Assembly: GCA_963664195.1 (NCBI GenBank)
Contig: OY760907.1
Span: 3,072,001-3,136,000 of the forward strand
Direction of reading: 5' to 3'
From: an uncultured candidate division Zixibacteria bacterium
Lineage (GTDB): Bacteria > Zixibacteria > MSB-5A5 > GN15 > FEB-12
Length of the DNA stretch: 64,000 bases
The position numbers and the translations under genes were made by a program. How positions within the stretch are numbered: the first letter of the stretch is position 1; every line of letters begins with the position of its first letter. This document shows, piece by piece, positions 7,616 to 17,315 of this stretch. The notes under the pieces were generated by a model. The model searched no databases. It was not told the origin of the DNA and worked only from the letters and a program-made list of their open reading frames with translations.

Positions 7616-10357
7616 TTACATGATAATGACCAGTTTGCCAATCTGCGTGTTGCCCTTATCATCCTCAACCGTCCAGTAGTACAGTCCTGAGACAGTCAAC
7701 TGGGTGTTGCGGGTGATGAGGTCCCAGGTTTCATGGTTGGCCAGCGGATTGCTCGGTGAAAAGTCGTGCTCGATTTCGCGCACAAGGTCACCGTCCGGCG
7801 TGAAGATGCTGATCGTGCACCTCGGCGGCAGGTTAGCAAAATGGATTTTCCTGACGCGATCCGCACTGCGGGTTTCATCGCCTCGTCCTTCATAACCCTG
7901 GTCCCGGTAGAGGCCATCCCGACGATAGGGGTTCGGGTACACGAAGACTTCCAGGTCCTCTTCCATGACATTTGCGACCGATTCCAGCGCGTATGTCACC
8001 GACGGTAAAATGGTCGGGTTGGTCTCAAGAGAAGCCAAACCTGATTTCGGTGAGCCGTAGTCGAAGGCGGTCACGTTGATCCAGTAGGGGATCGTCGGAA
8101 GGAGGTTTTCGAACGTGTACTCGTATTCGTAGTACTTGAAGAAACCTTCAGGTGTCAGATACTGGGCATACTGAGCCTCGGACAAGGTATCGATATTGAT
8201 GTCCTCAGGCGGCTTGGGAGCCGTCGGGTAGACCTTCTTAATAGGTGTCTGGGGATTCGCCTCATGACCGAGGATCGACATATTGAAGTCCTGTATGGTG
8301 AAGTAATGGACCTCAGAAGGATCAAGCGGATTCACATACGGTCTGCTCCGAGTGAAATTCAATGGGTGCCAATCGGGATCACCATCGCCGTACATGTCGC
8401 GAAGCTGTTCAAGGGAGAACGGGCTTACGCGGAGAGTGAAGTCTGCGATTTCGTCATCCCAGTCCCAGCGGTTATAGTCTTCGATATCGTAGGAAGCTTC
8501 CATGGCGTACGACCCGCGACGGTCATCCTGGGCATAGTACACACGGTAACCCTCAAAATCATACTCGCGAGAGAAGACGTCGCGCGTGTTCTCGGAGCGC
8601 ACACCGTTCCAAATCACTCTGACTTTGCCGACCTGCGGTTCGACACGCAGGCCCTTGTAGCCTTTGTGGGAAGTGTAGGTGGACGGGGCAGGCGGCGGCG
8701 ATGCGCCCTGGAAATCCGGGATACCGTCGCCTCGGCGCCAGGTGGTGTCGGCGTTGTCGTAAGCCCAGTGAGGATCAATCATGGTGTCCCAAGGAACGAC
8801 TGAGGAGTCGACAATGGTATCGACTACCCAGTTGGAGTCTCCGCCCAGGTTGCAGATATACCTCTCACCGGCATAGCCATCGCTATCGGTGTCAAGTCCC
8901 GGGTTATCATAAATCCAGTCAGCCCACGTAGCGTTGGAGCCAAGACTGTCGAAACTCACGTTATCGTAGTAGGCTTGCCAGTTGTCTGGGAGATTAAGGA
9001 GGTTGTCTTCATGAGAAGGATCGTGGAAATCCTCACCGGCTACGTAAGCGAAAGAAATGGGAAGCGACTGACCCGGTTCGATATCGAAGGGGCCGAAGGA
9101 GAGCAAGTAGCGCGTGTCCATACCCTGTGCCCACTGCCTCTTCCGGTCGGCCGGCGGCGGCAGCCAGATGTCATTACTGGCATCAATGCTGCCAATCTGA
9201 GGTTGGTCGTAGTCGAATTCTCCATTACTGAGGTAATGGAACTTATTGCGGTCACCCTCGGGAGTACCGCTGCCTCCAGTTTGGAGCTCACGAAACTTAG
9301 CCTTGGTCTGCGGGCCGAAGTCAAGATCGGGATTGTCCTGGTTGCTGATCCACCAGTTGAAGGATACGTCGAGTGAGTCAGACGGTGTCCGCACAATTCT
9401 TGTGGCCGTAATGGATGGCACGGGCGTCGAGGTACCTGCATCAAAGTCACCATCGTTGTCGGCGGTCCAGGCGATGTTCACAATATCGCTGTCCGGGCAT
9501 GCGCTGGGGAGGTACAATGCAGGTTGCTTCTCTCGAAATCCGCAGATATCATCCTGCGCCCCATCATTGTCTTGGCCGATCTGATGGATATCAGCGTCCA
9601 CGTATATACCCATGTATACCGCTTCCAGTCGATTCTGACCTATGTTGCGAATGCTGTAGTCGAATAGCACAAAGTCATCGGCGTAGTCGTATGACCAGGC
9701 GTAGGACCGCTGAGTGACTTCGATATTCAGAGGTTGGTGGTTTCTTGCGTCGAGGAAGTCGTTGTCGAGTGTTCCGGGACAGTTGGGGCTGACACAGGTA
9801 TCATAGTACACAGAGATGTAATCCTGCTCGGATACCGCGCCATTGAACGCAGTTTCGTCGGCCGGATCGATCGTCGAGCGATAAATCATCTGTCCGACTT
9901 GGCCACCATCCGGAAAGAATTCATTCGTCTGTGACCAGCCGTCTGCTGCCACAGACACCAGAGTGTCACGGCCGACAACAGCGCCAATCCAGAAGGCACC
10001 GGCAAACAGGTACTTTGTGTTAGACCCCTTTGGATATTCCAGAGAAGGAACCGGCATTCCGGTGAAGAAATCAGTGCACTGATCAACTGCACAGGTGGGG
10101 GAGAACCCGTCACCGAACGTGCCGTTATTGAGCACCGAAAGAGCGATTTTGCCGATATTGTGTACAGCTATGCCGTAGGCCGGGGTTTCCTCGGCTCCTT
10201 GAGTTTGAATTTGATGTCTGTCCTGGCCGGCGTCCCGTTTCAGCCGCGCTTCAACTGAAGCAGGCGAAACCAGAATCATGAGTCCGAGGCCAATCACTAG
10301 TCCTTTGAGTAGGTTCACAACAGTTACCCTCGCATATGTAGAATACAAGCCTATCAT
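7616..10357 (-). CDS. large secreted protein with FN3-like region and YPNPY-type C-terminal sorting domain (paralogue B)
   Basis: Colinear similarity to 5001-7589 (GAFWIGAVVGRDTLVS, AWSYDYADDFVLFD, IVRTPSD, WDLITRNTQL); probable start GTG 10318 after GAGGG. Confidence 0.8.
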   Translation of the reverse strand: MIGLYSTYARVTVVNLLKGLVIGLGLMILVSPASVEARLKRDAGQDRHQIQTQGAEETPAYGIAVHNIGKIALSVLNNGTFGDGFSPTCAVDQCTDFFTGMPVPSLEYPKGSNTKYLFAGAFWIGAVVGRDTLVSVAADGWSQTNEFFPDGGQVGQMIYRSTIDPADETAFNGAVSEQDYISVYYDTCVSPNCPGTLDNDFLDARNHQPLNIEVTQRSYAWSYDYADDFVLFDYSIRNIGQNRLEAVYMGIYVDADIHQIGQDNDGAQDDICGFREKQPALYLPSACPDSDIVNIAWTADNDGDFDAGTSTPVPSITATRIVRTPSDSLDVSFNWWISNQDNPDLDFGPQTKAKFRELQTGGSGTPEGDRNKFHYLSNGEFDYDQPQIGSIDASNDIWLPPPADRKRQWAQGMDTRYLLSFGPFDIEPGQSLPISFAYVAGEDFHDPSHEDNLLNLPDNWQAYYDNVSFDSLGSNATWADWIYDNPGLDTDSDGYAGERYICNLGGDSNWVVDTIVDSSVVPWDTMIDPHWAYDNADTTWRRGDGIPDFQGASPPPAPSTYTSHKGYKGLRVEPQVGKVRVIWNGVRSENTRDVFSREYDFEGYRVYYAQDDRRGSYAMEASYDIEDYNRWDWDDEIADFTLRVSPFSLEQLRDMYGDGDPDWHPLNFTRSRPYVNPLDPSEVHYFTIQDFNMSILGHEANPQTPIKKVYPTAPKPPEDINIDTLSEAQYAQYLTPEGFFKYYEYEYTFENLLPTIPYWINVTAFDYGSPKSGLASLETNPTILPSVTYALESVANVMEEDLEVFVYPNPYRRDGLYRDQGYEGRGDETRSADRVRKIHFANLPPRCTISIFTPDGDLVREIEHDFSPSNPLANHETWDLITRNTQLTVSGLYYWTVEDDKGNTQIGKLVIIM

Positions 10358-10815
10358 TCAACACACTAATTCAGAACCCTATTTTTACGAAAAAAAGGGC
10401 GAAAACGCAAATCAATCCTGTCTCGAGGCAGCACTTAGCGGCCAATAAAAACAGCCTTAACCATATGGGAAAGTCATTCGTGCGACTGTCGGAGCTTGCG
10501 CTCGGCCGTGTAACTTCTTGACCGCCAGTCCAGTAGGCTGCTCGCAACAACGGTTTGTTACGATTTTCCTCGCGGCGAATTGGTTCAAACGATTCAGGCC
10601 GGATCACACACACTTTCGACCTTTTGTCATAGCCGCACGATACTGTCTTTCCCAACCAGCGACCATGCCTCCGGAGCATGCCCAAGACATGCCGCATAAA
10701 CGTCTAAGAAACGTTGTAACTTCTTGAAATCAAGCACTTTTTGCGTTTGTCTTGCGTCACACTTGCCGACAGGTCTATTGTTCTACACAACAGACGATTG
10801 GCGGCGCCTGGTGTC

Positions 10816-10852
10816 AAAAAAAAAGACCGACCCCGAAAGGGTCGGTCTTTTT
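10816..10852 (-). terminator. intrinsic terminator of the M16 operon (potentially bidirectional)
   Basis: A9-GACCGACCC-loop-GGGTCGGTC-T5; gives a U9 tail on the minus strand about 30 nt after the M16 stop. Confidence 0.9.
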
Positions 10853-10879
10853 GCACGTCGTGCGGCTGCACGATCTATC

Positions 10880-13024
10880 TTATTCGGGTTTGTCGAACGT
10901 ACCGGCCGGCACATCGACGTTTACCTCGAAGGTTGTGTAAGCGGTTCTGGTGACGACCTGATCGTTCATCATACTCTCAGACTTCATGGCCATCTTCACT
11001 CCGCCGACCTCGGCGAACTCGCTGTAACGTTCCTGGATATTGCCCTCGCCGAGTGCGGTCTGGCCCCAGTATTCTTTGCACAGCAGTTCGTGGGTGCCGG
11101 CGTCGAAGCCGAGACGGCAGATCGGATCGCCGGCGGCGTCGATCAGCGCCACGTACTCGATGGCGACACCGTCGAGATCACCGCTGCCGTCATAGACTGC
11201 ACGGTAATCGGGAGCATCAGACGTCTGCATGATGAAGAGGTTGGCACGACGGTTCTCTTTGTCATCGTTCGCCAGATCATCGGCAGTCTTCTCTTTGAGC
11301 TGATCGGTCATTGGATCGGTGGCCCAGCCGATGTCGTTGTTGCGAATGTCGATCATCTCACGCCCCATGAGATTCATCACTGAGTGGTCCTGGGTCGGCA
11401 GAACCTTGGTGGTTTCAAACTGGAGCGGGATTTCCTGCCCCTGCATGATGATCGTGTGGCTTCCGGCCGTATGGAGATTCTTTATCGCCTTGAAGTTGTC
11501 GAGACCGCCGTGAGCCGCCACGGCGGCACGAACGAGTCCCAGACCCTTTTCGAGGTTGGCGTCGGTGATTTCCAGTTCACGACGGGTTTCGCCGGACGGA
11601 ATGCTGATATCAAGGACTTCGGCTTCGCCGAGACCAAGAGCGCTCAGAGGCTCGTCGAAATCGGCCTCGTTACCGACCACTACGTAGATCATCTCGTCGG
11701 TGCGGAGGTTGTTCTTCGCGGCGTTCATGACGTCTTCCGGAGTGACCTTCTCGACTGCGGCCTTTTCCTGCTGGAGGAAGTCTTCCGGCATGCCGTAGTA
11801 GTCGTAGTTCATCATGCGATTGACGACTTCGCCACGGGTGTCGAAGTTGAACACGAACGAGTTCAGATACCCGTCCTTGCCCTTCTTCATCTCTTTTTCG
11901 GTCGGCGGATCGGTCTTCATAGACTCGATCTGTTTCATCATCTCACGGGCGGCTTCGAGCGTACGGCCCGGCTGGGTCGATACGATGGTGAAGAAGTAGC
12001 CCGGATGTGAGATATTGGAGATGTAGCGACCGCCGGTCGAATAGGCGAGACCCAGCTTGGTGCGGACGTTGTCCACGAGGCGGCTGCCGAAGCCCCCGCC
12101 GAGGATCGAGTTCATGACGATCTTGGCCGCATAGTCTTCGTCGCTGACCAGGCCGCCGATGTGACCGATACGGACGAACGACTGGGCGGCATCCGGCTTC
12201 TCCGCGTAATACACTTTGCTGCGGAAATCGTAGTTGACTTCAGGGAGCGGGGGAAGGGGCACATTACCCTTTTCCCAGTCGCCGAAGTACTGCTTGACCT
12301 TGGCGATGATTTCCTTCTTGTCGAAATCACCTGAGATTGCCATCTGGATGTTTTCCGGGATGACAACGTTCTTATGGAATGCAACGAGATCGTCGCGGCT
12401 GATGGCGTCAATGGTTGCATACTCGGTGTGACGGGCATACGGGGAATCTTCACCGTAAATCTGCTTCTGGAATTCCCGGCGCGTGAGTCCACTCGGGTCG
12501 TCGTTACGACGGGAGATACCGGAGCGGCTCTGGACCTTTGCCAGATTCAGCTTCTCTTCGTCGAAGACCGGACGTCGAAGGACTTCGGCGAGGATTTCAA
12601 GTGCCATGTCAGTGTACTCGCTGAGCACGTTGATGCCGGCACCGCCGGATTCAAGACCGAAGAAGGTCTCGACCGCGCCGCCGACGCCTTCGAGTTTGGC
12701 ATCGATTTCATCGCCGGTGTACTTCTTGGTGCCGCCGGTGCGCATGACCGTACCACAAATGTCTGCCAAGCCGACTTTGTCAGCCGGTTCGAGATAGGAA
12801 CCGCCGGCAATACGGACGTTGACGTCGAAGACCGGGAGGGAGTGGTCTTCGAGGAGATAGAGGCGGATGCCGTTGTCGAGGGTGACAATTTCAACATCCG
12901 GGATTTTGATATCGTTGAGTTTTGGGAACTTAATGTCTTCAAGCGTCTGGGCCGGAATCGACGTGCCGAAAAGGGCCAGCAGCAAGAAGGCGACAGCCAT
13001 TAGATTCAACATCTTTTTCGTCAT
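10880..13024 (-). CDS. M16 (insulinase) family peptidase, non-catalytic subunit with extra C-terminal domain
   Basis: TLDNGIRLYLLEDHSLP; no HXXEH; ILGGGFGSRL..VRTKLGLAY (R/Y motif); signal peptide; about 230-aa C-terminal extension. Confidence 0.9.
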   Translation of the reverse strand: MTKKMLNLMAVAFLLLALFGTSIPAQTLEDIKFPKLNDIKIPDVEIVTLDNGIRLYLLEDHSLPVFDVNVRIAGGSYLEPADKVGLADICGTVMRTGGTKKYTGDEIDAKLEGVGGAVETFFGLESGGAGINVLSEYTDMALEILAEVLRRPVFDEEKLNLAKVQSRSGISRRNDDPSGLTRREFQKQIYGEDSPYARHTEYATIDAISRDDLVAFHKNVVIPENIQMAISGDFDKKEIIAKVKQYFGDWEKGNVPLPPLPEVNYDFRSKVYYAEKPDAAQSFVRIGHIGGLVSDEDYAAKIVMNSILGGGFGSRLVDNVRTKLGLAYSTGGRYISNISHPGYFFTIVSTQPGRTLEAAREMMKQIESMKTDPPTEKEMKKGKDGYLNSFVFNFDTRGEVVNRMMNYDYYGMPEDFLQQEKAAVEKVTPEDVMNAAKNNLRTDEMIYVVVGNEADFDEPLSALGLGEAEVLDISIPSGETRRELEITDANLEKGLGLVRAAVAAHGGLDNFKAIKNLHTAGSHTIIMQGQEIPLQFETTKVLPTQDHSVMNLMGREMIDIRNNDIGWATDPMTDQLKEKTADDLANDDKENRRANLFIMQTSDAPDYRAVYDGSGDLDGVAIEYVALIDAAGDPICRLGFDAGTHELLCKEYWGQTALGEGNIQERYSEFAEVGGVKMAMKSESMMNDQVVTRTAYTTFEVNVDVPAGTFDKPE

Positions 13025-13039
13025 TATTTCTGCTCCTGC

Positions 13040-14542
13040 CTAGTTTTCGGTCGTATTCAACTGAACCACGGTCCGGTTGTTCTTCACGAGATACTTGTTG
13101 GCGACTCGCTGTACCTCTTCCGGAGTCACGGCGTTGATACGGTCGATTTCCTTGAATGCCTCGCGCCAGTCTCCCCAGTAGTTCTGGAAGCTGGCCAGTT
13201 GTTGGGCAAGACCGAGATTGCTGCGCAGACCGTTAATGAACCCGGCTTTGGCCTGGGCCTTGATCTTGTCGATGGCTTCGGGCGCAAGCGGCTCGGTTTT
13301 CAGGCGTTCGATTTCAGTAAGAATCTGCTCGTGGCACTCGTCGTTGGTGCTTTCCGGCGACGGGATCGCGTAGAACATGCAAAGGCAGGGATAAGCACTG
13401 CCCGGCCACCACTGGCAACCGACAGCGGATGCGATCTTCTTTTCTTTGACGAGGTTTTCGTACAGCGGCGAGGTACGACCGTCACCGAGATAGCTCATCA
13501 TGGTCGTGACAGCCGGCCAATCCGGATCAGTGCTTGACGGGATATGATACCCGGCAACGAGCAGAGGCTGTGACGGGTCTTCCAGGGAAGCAAACCGCTC
13601 GCCTTCTTGCTCCGGCTCGACAGTTGCAATCGGCTCCGGTTTCGGCCTGTCTTCAAGGCGACCGAAGTACTTGTCGGCCATCTTGAGGACCTTCTTGGCG
13701 TCGACGTCACCGACGATGGCGACCACCAAGTTCCTGGGAACGTAGTTTTCTTCAAAGTACTTACGTACGGCCGGGCGGGTATAGTTCATGATGTCGGACA
13801 TATGGCCGACAACCGGCACACCGTAGGGGTGAGCTTCAAAGGCGGTTGCCTGAAGCATACCGAGCGTCCGCATGATCGGGTTGTTCTCAAACTGCTGGCG
13901 GCGCTCCTCGGCGATCACCAGCTGTTCCTGGTACATGCTGCGGAGCACGAGGTTCTTGAAGCGCTCAGACTCCATGTACATCCACAGTTCGATCTTGTTC
14001 GACGGCAGACTCATGATGTAGGTAGTATTGTCCTTACCTGTGCCTGCGTTGATTCCGACAGCGCCTTCTTCTTCAAGCAGGCCGTCCCATGCGTTCACTT
14101 TCATATATTGACGGGCGTTTTCCTTGGCAGCCTCGAACTCGGCTTCGAGAGCTTCAAGGCGGGTGGGATCAGTCTTCTTGCCCTTTGCCTTCTCGGCGCG
14201 GATCAGCATGAGGACGGAATCCTCTACCGCCATGGCGGCAAGCTCAGCCTCGATATCGGTCGTGCCGATAGTCGTGGTGCCTTTGAAGGCCATGTGTTCG
14301 AGCATGTGAGCAATGCCGGTGTAATCGGCCGGATCGTTGGCGCCGCCAACGTTGGCGAACGTCACACACGATACTACCGGGGCGTCATGGCGTTCCATGA
14401 CGATAACTTTCAGTCCGTTGTCCAGCGTGGTCTCGCTTACCGCTTTCTCAAGCTCCGAAAAATCGAAGCCGAGGGCGGAAGTGAACGAGAACACGGCGCA
14501 CAAGCCAAATAGTAAGCAGATATACCTATTTCTGCTATTCAT
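13040..14542 (-). CDS. M16 (insulinase) family peptidase, catalytic subunit
   Basis: TGIAHMLEHMAFKGT (HXXEH); signal peptide; ATG 14542 preceded by GGAGG. Confidence 0.93.
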   Translation of the reverse strand: MNSRNRYICLLFGLCAVFSFTSALGFDFSELEKAVSETTLDNGLKVIVMERHDAPVVSCVTFANVGGANDPADYTGIAHMLEHMAFKGTTTIGTTDIEAELAAMAVEDSVLMLIRAEKAKGKKTDPTRLEALEAEFEAAKENARQYMKVNAWDGLLEEEGAVGINAGTGKDNTTYIMSLPSNKIELWMYMESERFKNLVLRSMYQEQLVIAEERRQQFENNPIMRTLGMLQATAFEAHPYGVPVVGHMSDIMNYTRPAVRKYFEENYVPRNLVVAIVGDVDAKKVLKMADKYFGRLEDRPKPEPIATVEPEQEGERFASLEDPSQPLLVAGYHIPSSTDPDWPAVTTMMSYLGDGRTSPLYENLVKEKKIASAVGCQWWPGSAYPCLCMFYAIPSPESTNDECHEQILTEIERLKTEPLAPEAIDKIKAQAKAGFINGLRSNLGLAQQLASFQNYWGDWREAFKEIDRINAVTPEEVQRVANKYLVKNNRTVVQLNTTEN

Positions 14543-14585
14543 CCTTACCTCCACAAGTTTAGACAGTTCAGTGAGATATGATGCG

Positions 14586-14614
14586 AATAAACTTCGACGC
14601 CCACATGCTGTCAA
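14586..14614 (-). promoter_or_regulatory. candidate sigma70 promoter for the M16 operon
   Basis: Minus strand TTGACA-N17-TTTATT. Confidence 0.45.
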
Positions 14615-14846
14615 GTGATTCCTATGGCAACCGTGTCTTTAGTGTGTGGCGATATCTCAGAGTGAGATTGACACAAACCTATCCATCTCCCTCTACGGTG
14701 GTTTTCGCCTTATTGTTGCGTTTCAGTGCAGAAGACGGCTAAACGGGGCTGTTTGTCCATCAGGAATTTTCACGGGAAGAAACCTCGGCGATTCTGGTAT
14801 CCCTGACAGATGACAGAGCGAACGAAGCCTCGCAAAGGAGAACGCT

Positions 14847-16877
14847 ATGAAACGGGAAACGATTGTACTGATTGGCCTGCTGGCGGTTATCGCCGGAGGA
14901 CTTGCCGCCGGGACGCATGACTTTGGCACTATTTCCGGCAAAATCACCGATGCCGAAACCGGTCATCCGGTTGCCGGCGCCTGGATTGCCATAATCGAGA
15001 ACAACCTCGGTGCAACTACCGATTCGCTCGGACAGTTCACCATCTCAGATGTACCTCCGGGGAGTTATACAATGATCGTAACGCACGTCCAATTCGGGAC
15101 CATCAGCGGGCTGAAATCCCTGTCTGTGAGTGTCGTTTCCGGGAAGAAGGTGCAGGTGGACATTCCACTAAAACGCTCCGCGCAGAAGATGCGCGAGGAG
15201 GCGACGGTTGGCCGTGTTCCGCAGCCTGTGGGCGACATTCTGGTCGAAAACTTCGCCGGAATAGCTGATCGTGAGGTCAAGACTCAATCTGGAAGCCAGA
15301 AGAAAGACAGAGACATTATTGTTGTGAGTGGAATTCATGGTTCCGACTACACTCCGCAGTCTTTCGGACGTGTTGGCAATCCAGTGCCCGCCCGTCCGGG
15401 AACCGTAATGGAACGGGATGAAATGTCTTTGCCGCCGTTTGATATGTTTTTCACCGATTACGGTACCAACGGGTTTATCGATACGCAACGTGACCGATTC
15501 TCGACCTTCGCTGTTGATGTCGACGACGCATCGTACACGCTCGTCAGACGGTATCTGGAGGAGGGCAATGTTCCGCCACAGGAGGCGATCCGCGTGGAGG
15601 AGTTCATCAACCACTTTGATTACGGCTACAACAATCCTTCGCGCGACAAATTCAGAGTTTTCACCGAACTGACTGACTCACCGTTCGACCGCAACGTGAA
15701 ACTACTGAAGATAGGCGTGAAGGGACGGGAGGTCGATGCCGGTAGTCGCAAGCCGCTAAACCTGACTCTGGTAGTCGACGTCTCCGGTTCGATGGGCTAC
15801 GACAACCGTATGCAACTGGTGAAGGAATCGCTTCGGATGCTGGTCCGCCAGCTTGATTCGAACGATCGGATCGGGATCGTAGCGTATGACAACAACGCAC
15901 GGGTGCTTCTCGAGCCGATGGCGGCCGGTTCCCGTCGCGCGATCCAGGTCATCCACAGGGCAATAGACCAACTGCAGCCCGGCGGTTCTACGAACGCCGA
16001 GGCCGGCATGACGGTGGGCTACAGGATGGCCAACCGTCAATTCGAAAACGGACACAACAATGTCGTAATGCTGCTCAGCGACGGTGTCGCCAACGTCGGG
16101 AGCACCGGTTCCAACGGCATCATGGCTCGAATAGGTGAGTGTGCCAGGCAGGGCCTTACGCTCAACAGCATCGGGTTCGGTATGGGCAACTACAATGACG
16201 CTCTCCTTGAGCAACTCGCCCAGAAAGGCAACGGTCGGTATGCGTATGTGAACGACTGTCAGGAAGCTCAGAAGACGTTTGTCGAGGATTTTGTCGCCAA
16301 TACGCAGATTCTTGGCCGGGACGTAAAGGTGCAGGTGGAGTTTGATCCGAGCCGTGTGACCTCATATCGCCTGCTCGGCTACGAGAACCGCGATGTCGCC
16401 GATCACCGTTTCCGCGACAATACACAGGACGGCGGAGAGATTTTCGCCGGTCATGAAGTCACTGCTCTGTACGAAATAGTACTGGCGCAGAAGCTCACGC
16501 ACAAGAAGCGAAACACGGCTGATCTTGCCACAGTTTTCGTTCGGTGGAAAGACGCAGACGAAACCGAAGTAGCCGAATTGAAAGTTCCGGTATCACTGCA
16601 GAAGCACTTCAGTTCGTTTGACAGTTCACGTCCGGAACTTCGACTGGCCTGCGTGGCGGGACGCTTCGCCGAGATGCTGAAAGGAACCGCCTACGCCACG
16701 GAGACGTCGTTTGAAGACCTGTACCGTACAGCAAAACCGCTGGAGCGGGAGCTTCCGTCGGAGCAGACTGATGAACTCCTTGACCTGATTCAGCGAGCCG
16801 GGAATCTCTCGATCCAGCACACCGAGTGGCACGGGGGAGACGACGACAACTATGTGAACAACTACCGCAGACGGTAA
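14847..16877 (+). CDS. secreted vWA domain protein (YfbK-like) with N-terminal carboxypeptidase-regulatory-like domain
   Basis: GTISGKITDAETGHPVAGA; STFAVDVDDASY; IRVEEFINHF; MIDAS motif DVSGSM; YRLLGYENR; AAGGAG RBS. Confidence 0.9.
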   Translation: MKRETIVLIGLLAVIAGGLAAGTHDFGTISGKITDAETGHPVAGAWIAIIENNLGATTDSLGQFTISDVPPGSYTMIVTHVQFGTISGLKSLSVSVVSGKKVQVDIPLKRSAQKMREEATVGRVPQPVGDILVENFAGIADREVKTQSGSQKKDRDIIVVSGIHGSDYTPQSFGRVGNPVPARPGTVMERDEMSLPPFDMFFTDYGTNGFIDTQRDRFSTFAVDVDDASYTLVRRYLEEGNVPPQEAIRVEEFINHFDYGYNNPSRDKFRVFTELTDSPFDRNVKLLKIGVKGREVDAGSRKPLNLTLVVDVSGSMGYDNRMQLVKESLRMLVRQLDSNDRIGIVAYDNNARVLLEPMAAGSRRAIQVIHRAIDQLQPGGSTNAEAGMTVGYRMANRQFENGHNNVVMLLSDGVANVGSTGSNGIMARIGECARQGLTLNSIGFGMGNYNDALLEQLAQKGNGRYAYVNDCQEAQKTFVEDFVANTQILGRDVKVQVEFDPSRVTSYRLLGYENRDVADHRFRDNTQDGGEIFAGHEVTALYEIVLAQKLTHKKRNTADLATVFVRWKDADETEVAELKVPVSLQKHFSSFDSSRPELRLACVAGRFAEMLKGTAYATETSFEDLYRTAKPLERELPSEQTDELLDLIQRAGNLSIQHTEWHGGDDDNYVNNYRRR

Positions 16878-17050
16878 CCCTTGCCGCCTTCTAGGGAACC
16901 TTGCCCGCTGAGTGCTGTCAGGCGGCCCCGTCTGACAGCAGCCTGACACGTAGTCCGCACTATATCGGACATCTTGCGAATATCGCTCACAGGGTCGCCT
17001 TGCGACACATACTAAGGGGGGGGATTCGGTAGTCTTGCAGGGCAAAGAGA

Positions 17051-17074
17051 AACGGACGACTCAGGTCGTCCGTT
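17051..17074 (-). terminator. intrinsic terminator-like hairpin between the convergent vWA gene and glgP
   Basis: Perfect 10-bp stem AACGGACGAC-TCAG-GTCGTCCGTT, followed by TCTCTTT on the minus strand. Confidence 0.6.
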
Positions 17075-17130
17075 CTTATGTCTGAGCGAGTAGGGTTCCG
17101 TCCCTGTCGAAATCGTGCGTCGGGGGTGGA

Positions 17131-17315
17131 GGGGCTGTCCCGGAAGCCATGAGTCCATGATGTCTTGTCATGGGCTGCCTACAAGTATCAACATGACCAA
17201 TGCCGCAACTCAGTCGTCGCAACTACCTACGAACATGGTAGGTCAGCCCCGTCTTCGGGACTGACATCTAATTGTCGAAACCGTAAAGGTTTCGACCTGC
17301 TTTTGAGACAGCCCC
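17131..17315. mobile_element. MITE-like non-autonomous element carrying REP-like hairpins
   Basis: TIRs GGGGCTGTCCCGGAAGC (17131-17147) and GCTTTTGAGACAGCCCC (17299-17315), 14/17 match; TGGA direct repeat on both flanks (17127-17130, 17316-17319); no credible ORF. Confidence 0.75.

Noticed and set aside
10428..10445. Possible sigma54 promoter on the minus strand (TTGGCCGCTAAGTGC)
   Set aside because: GG to GC spacing is 9 nt, not the required 10
10371..10697. 108-aa minus-strand ORF upstream of the paralogues
   Set aside because: No recognisable motif; atypical composition; more likely regulatory DNA
13607..14512. Long antisense ORFs (also 11384-12010, 25626-26417, 55410-56306, 61322-62197)
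   Set aside because: Shadow ORFs opposite well-supported genes with strong codon bias; no motifs
17131..17315. CRISPR array or integron attC interpretation of the hairpin cluster
   Set aside because: No identical direct repeats with regular spacers, no RYYYAAC...GTTRRRY boundaries, and no cas or intI gene
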